A stretch of DNA of 64,000 nucleotides from an uncultured Gammaproteobacteria bacterium (GTDB lineage Bacteria; Pseudomonadota; Gammaproteobacteria; JACCXJ01): contig CAVXTM010000015.1 of NCBI GenBank assembly GCA_963764725.1, forward strand, positions 96,001-160,000. The letters are read 5' to 3'. Positions 62,170-64,000 of this stretch are shown piece by piece. A model generated the notes under the pieces. It did not search any database, had not been told where the DNA came from, and worked only from the letters and a program-made list of their open reading frames with translations. A program made the position numbers and the translations under genes. Position 1 is the first letter of the stretch. Each line of letters begins with the position of its first letter.

Positions 62170-63063
62170 ATGGCAACGGATCGATGGGATGTCGCGGTCA
62201 CGGCGTTTCTAGCGGGTCTACAGCAACGCTCGCCGCATACCCAGGCCGCTTATCGCCGGGATCTCGGCGGCTTTACGCACTATTGCCGTCGGCAGGCGAT
62301 CACAAGTCCCGAAGCAATCGATGAGAAGTGCGTACGCGATTTCGTGACCTGGCGCCACCGTAGCGGCATCAGCGGCAAGAGCCTGCAACGCTGCCTGTCG
62401 GCGTTGCGCGCTTATTGCGAGTTCCTGGAGTACGAAGGCTGCTTGACGCGAAATCCGGCCAAGGCAGTGCGCGCGCCCAAGGCGGCGCGCAAACTGCCGA
62501 AGCTCTTGGACGTAGACCAAGCCGGGCGTCTGCTCGCCATCGGCGCGGCCGATCCGCTGGCGCTTCGCGATCGCGCGCTGCTCGAGCTACTGTACTCCTC
62601 GGGGCTCCGGGTGTCCGAGCTGGTCGGATTGAACCTGCATGATCTCGATCTGCGCGAGCGTGAGGTGCGGGTGAAAGGCAAAGGCAATAAACACCGCATC
62701 GTCCCGGTAGGCCGATACGCCATCGAGGCGTTGCGCGCCTGGTCGGCGGCTCGAGCGGAAATTGCCGGCGCGGAGCAAACGGCGGTGTTCGTGAATCGCC
62801 GCGGTGGGCGTATCAGCGTGCGCTCGGTGCAATATCGGGTGTTGCGATGGGGCCTATCTCAGGGCATTGACCGGCGGGTGCATCCGCATATGTTGCGCCA
62901 TTCCTTTGCCAGTCACCTCTTGGAGTCGAGCGGTGATCTCCGGGCCGTGCAGGAGCTTCTGGGCCATTCCAATATCAGCACGACACAGGTGTACACGCAT
63001 CTCGATTTTCAGCATCTGGCGCGGGTCTATGACGCTGCCCATCCGCGGGCGCGCCGCCGCTGA
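62170..63063 (+). CDS. xerC: Tyrosine recombinase XerC
   Basis: YSSGLRVSEL, HPHMLRHSFASH, LGH, TQVYTH; dapF-DUF484-xerC synteny. Confidence 0.95.
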   Translation: MATDRWDVAVTAFLAGLQQRSPHTQAAYRRDLGGFTHYCRRQAITSPEAIDEKCVRDFVTWRHRSGISGKSLQRCLSALRAYCEFLEYEGCLTRNPAKAVRAPKAARKLPKLLDVDQAGRLLAIGAADPLALRDRALLELLYSSGLRVSELVGLNLHDLDLREREVRVKGKGNKHRIVPVGRYAIEALRAWSAARAEIAGAEQTAVFVNRRGGRISVRSVQYRVLRWGLSQGIDRRVHPHMLRHSFASHLLESSGDLRAVQELLGHSNISTTQVYTHLDFQHLARVYDAAHPRARRR

Positions 63064-63154
63064 GAGCTAACCGAGTCCGCGGGCTGCGCGTTCTCGCGCC
63101 GAGTGTTGTAGAATTCACCTCTCCCAAACCAACCCGCTTCGATGGATAAGGTTC

Positions 63155-63709
63155 ATGGCATGGCCCCGCTTTGAAGGTACGACCATACTCTCCGTGCGCC
63201 GAGGGAACCGCGTCGTGATCGGCGGCGACGGCCAGGTATCGTTTGCCAATACGGTCATGAAAAGCAATGCGCGCAAGGTGCGGCGTATGCACAACGATCG
63301 CATCTTGGCCGGTTTCGCGGGAGGAACCGCGGATGCGTTTACCTTATTCGAGCGTTTCGACGGCAAGCTGGAAAAACACCAAGGCAACCTCACGCGCGCG
63401 GCGGTCGAGCTTGCCAAAGACTGGCGTACCGACCGGGCTTTGCGGCGTTTGGAGGCGCTCTTGGTCGTGGCGGATGCGGGGACCTCGCTCATCATTTCCG
63501 GGACCGGAGATGTGATCGAGCCCGAGGGCCATGTGATGGCTATCGGATCGGGCGGACCTTACGCCAAGGCGGCGGCGACGGCGCTGTTGCAGCACACCGA
63601 GTTGGGGGCCCGCGCCATCGTGGAAGCGGGGCTTAAGATCGCCGCCGAGATCTGCATCTACACCAACGCCAACCTGACGATCGAGGAACTGGAAGCGGAA
63701 AGTGACTGA
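63155..63709 (+). CDS. hslV: ATP-dependent protease peptidase subunit
   Basis: [31 protein letters not shown]. Confidence 0.97.
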   Translation: MAWPRFEGTTILSVRRGNRVVIGGDGQVSFANTVMKSNARKVRRMHNDRILAGFAGGTADAFTLFERFDGKLEKHQGNLTRAAVELAKDWRTDRALRRLEALLVVADAGTSLIISGTGDVIEPEGHVMAIGSGGPYAKAAATALLQHTELGARAIVEAGLKIAAEICIYTNANLTIEELEAESD

Positions 63710-63724
63710 GCCTGATGATACTGC

Positions 63725-64000
63725 ATGAGTGAATTAACCCCGCGGCAGATCGCCGCCGAGTTGGATAAACATATCATCGGCCAAGCGGCCGCTAAGCGGG
63801 CGGTGGCGATCGCGCTGCGCAATCGCTGGCGGCGCATGCAGGTGAGCGGCGATTTGAGGAACGAGATCACGCCCAAGAATATCTTGATGATAGGTCCCAC
63901 CGGGGTAGGCAAGACCGAGATCGCACGGCGTCTCGCGAAGCTTGCCCAGGCGCCGTTCATCAAAGTCGAAGCGACGAAGTTTACCGAGGTCGGTTATGTG
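63725..64000 (+). CDS. hslU: ATP-dependent protease ATPase subunit (runs off the window)
   Basis: [41 protein letters not shown]. Confidence 0.97.
   Translation, partial: MSELTPRQIAAELDKHIIGQAAAKRAVAIALRNRWRRMQVSGDLRNEITPKNILMIGPTGVGKTEIARRLAKLAQAPFIKVEATKFTEVGYV

Noticed and set aside
62170-63063. Tyrosine recombinase as integrase of a genomic island
   Set aside because: It sits in the housekeeping dapF-DUF484-xerC-hslVU context

Overview
This is a 64-kb chromosomal segment of a gammaproteobacterium, judged from the 16S/23S sequence and core synteny. It is probably a long-read assembly, with scattered single-base frameshifts. The core backbone is hemL-thiE-rubredoxin-hemJ, argC-bactofilin-erpA, M23 peptidase-tyrS, a complete rrn operon (16S-tRNA-Ile-tRNA-Ala-23S-5S), cysB/cysH, queCE, tol-pal, ruvCAB, dnaE-accA-tilS, an orphan pqqA with an ABC transporter and a sigma54 two-component system, ybbN, and dapF-DUF484-xerC-hslVU. 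There are three accessory regions. (1) 1-3.9 kb: two GC-rich secreted hydrolases share a homologous hairpin/RBS/signal-peptide leader and lie between two copies of a ~100-bp direct repeat. (2) 8.25-16.2 kb: a type I RM locus with an AlbA/Schlafen-like gene between hsdS and hsdR, and four palindromic repeat elements inserted inside the hsd coding sequences. (3) 41.9-45.0 kb: a decayed defence-type hotspot with a TIR stub, a group II intron, an hsdS 3' end, a KAP NTPase 5' end, an IS256 fragment and an rnhB stub. Features not in the ORF track include pqqA, rubredoxin, a candidate ~87-nt sRNA before argC, a degenerate third tRNA in the ITS, and a 213-bp MITE with perfect TIRs. No CRISPR array was seen. 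All family calls come from motif recognition; no database search was run.
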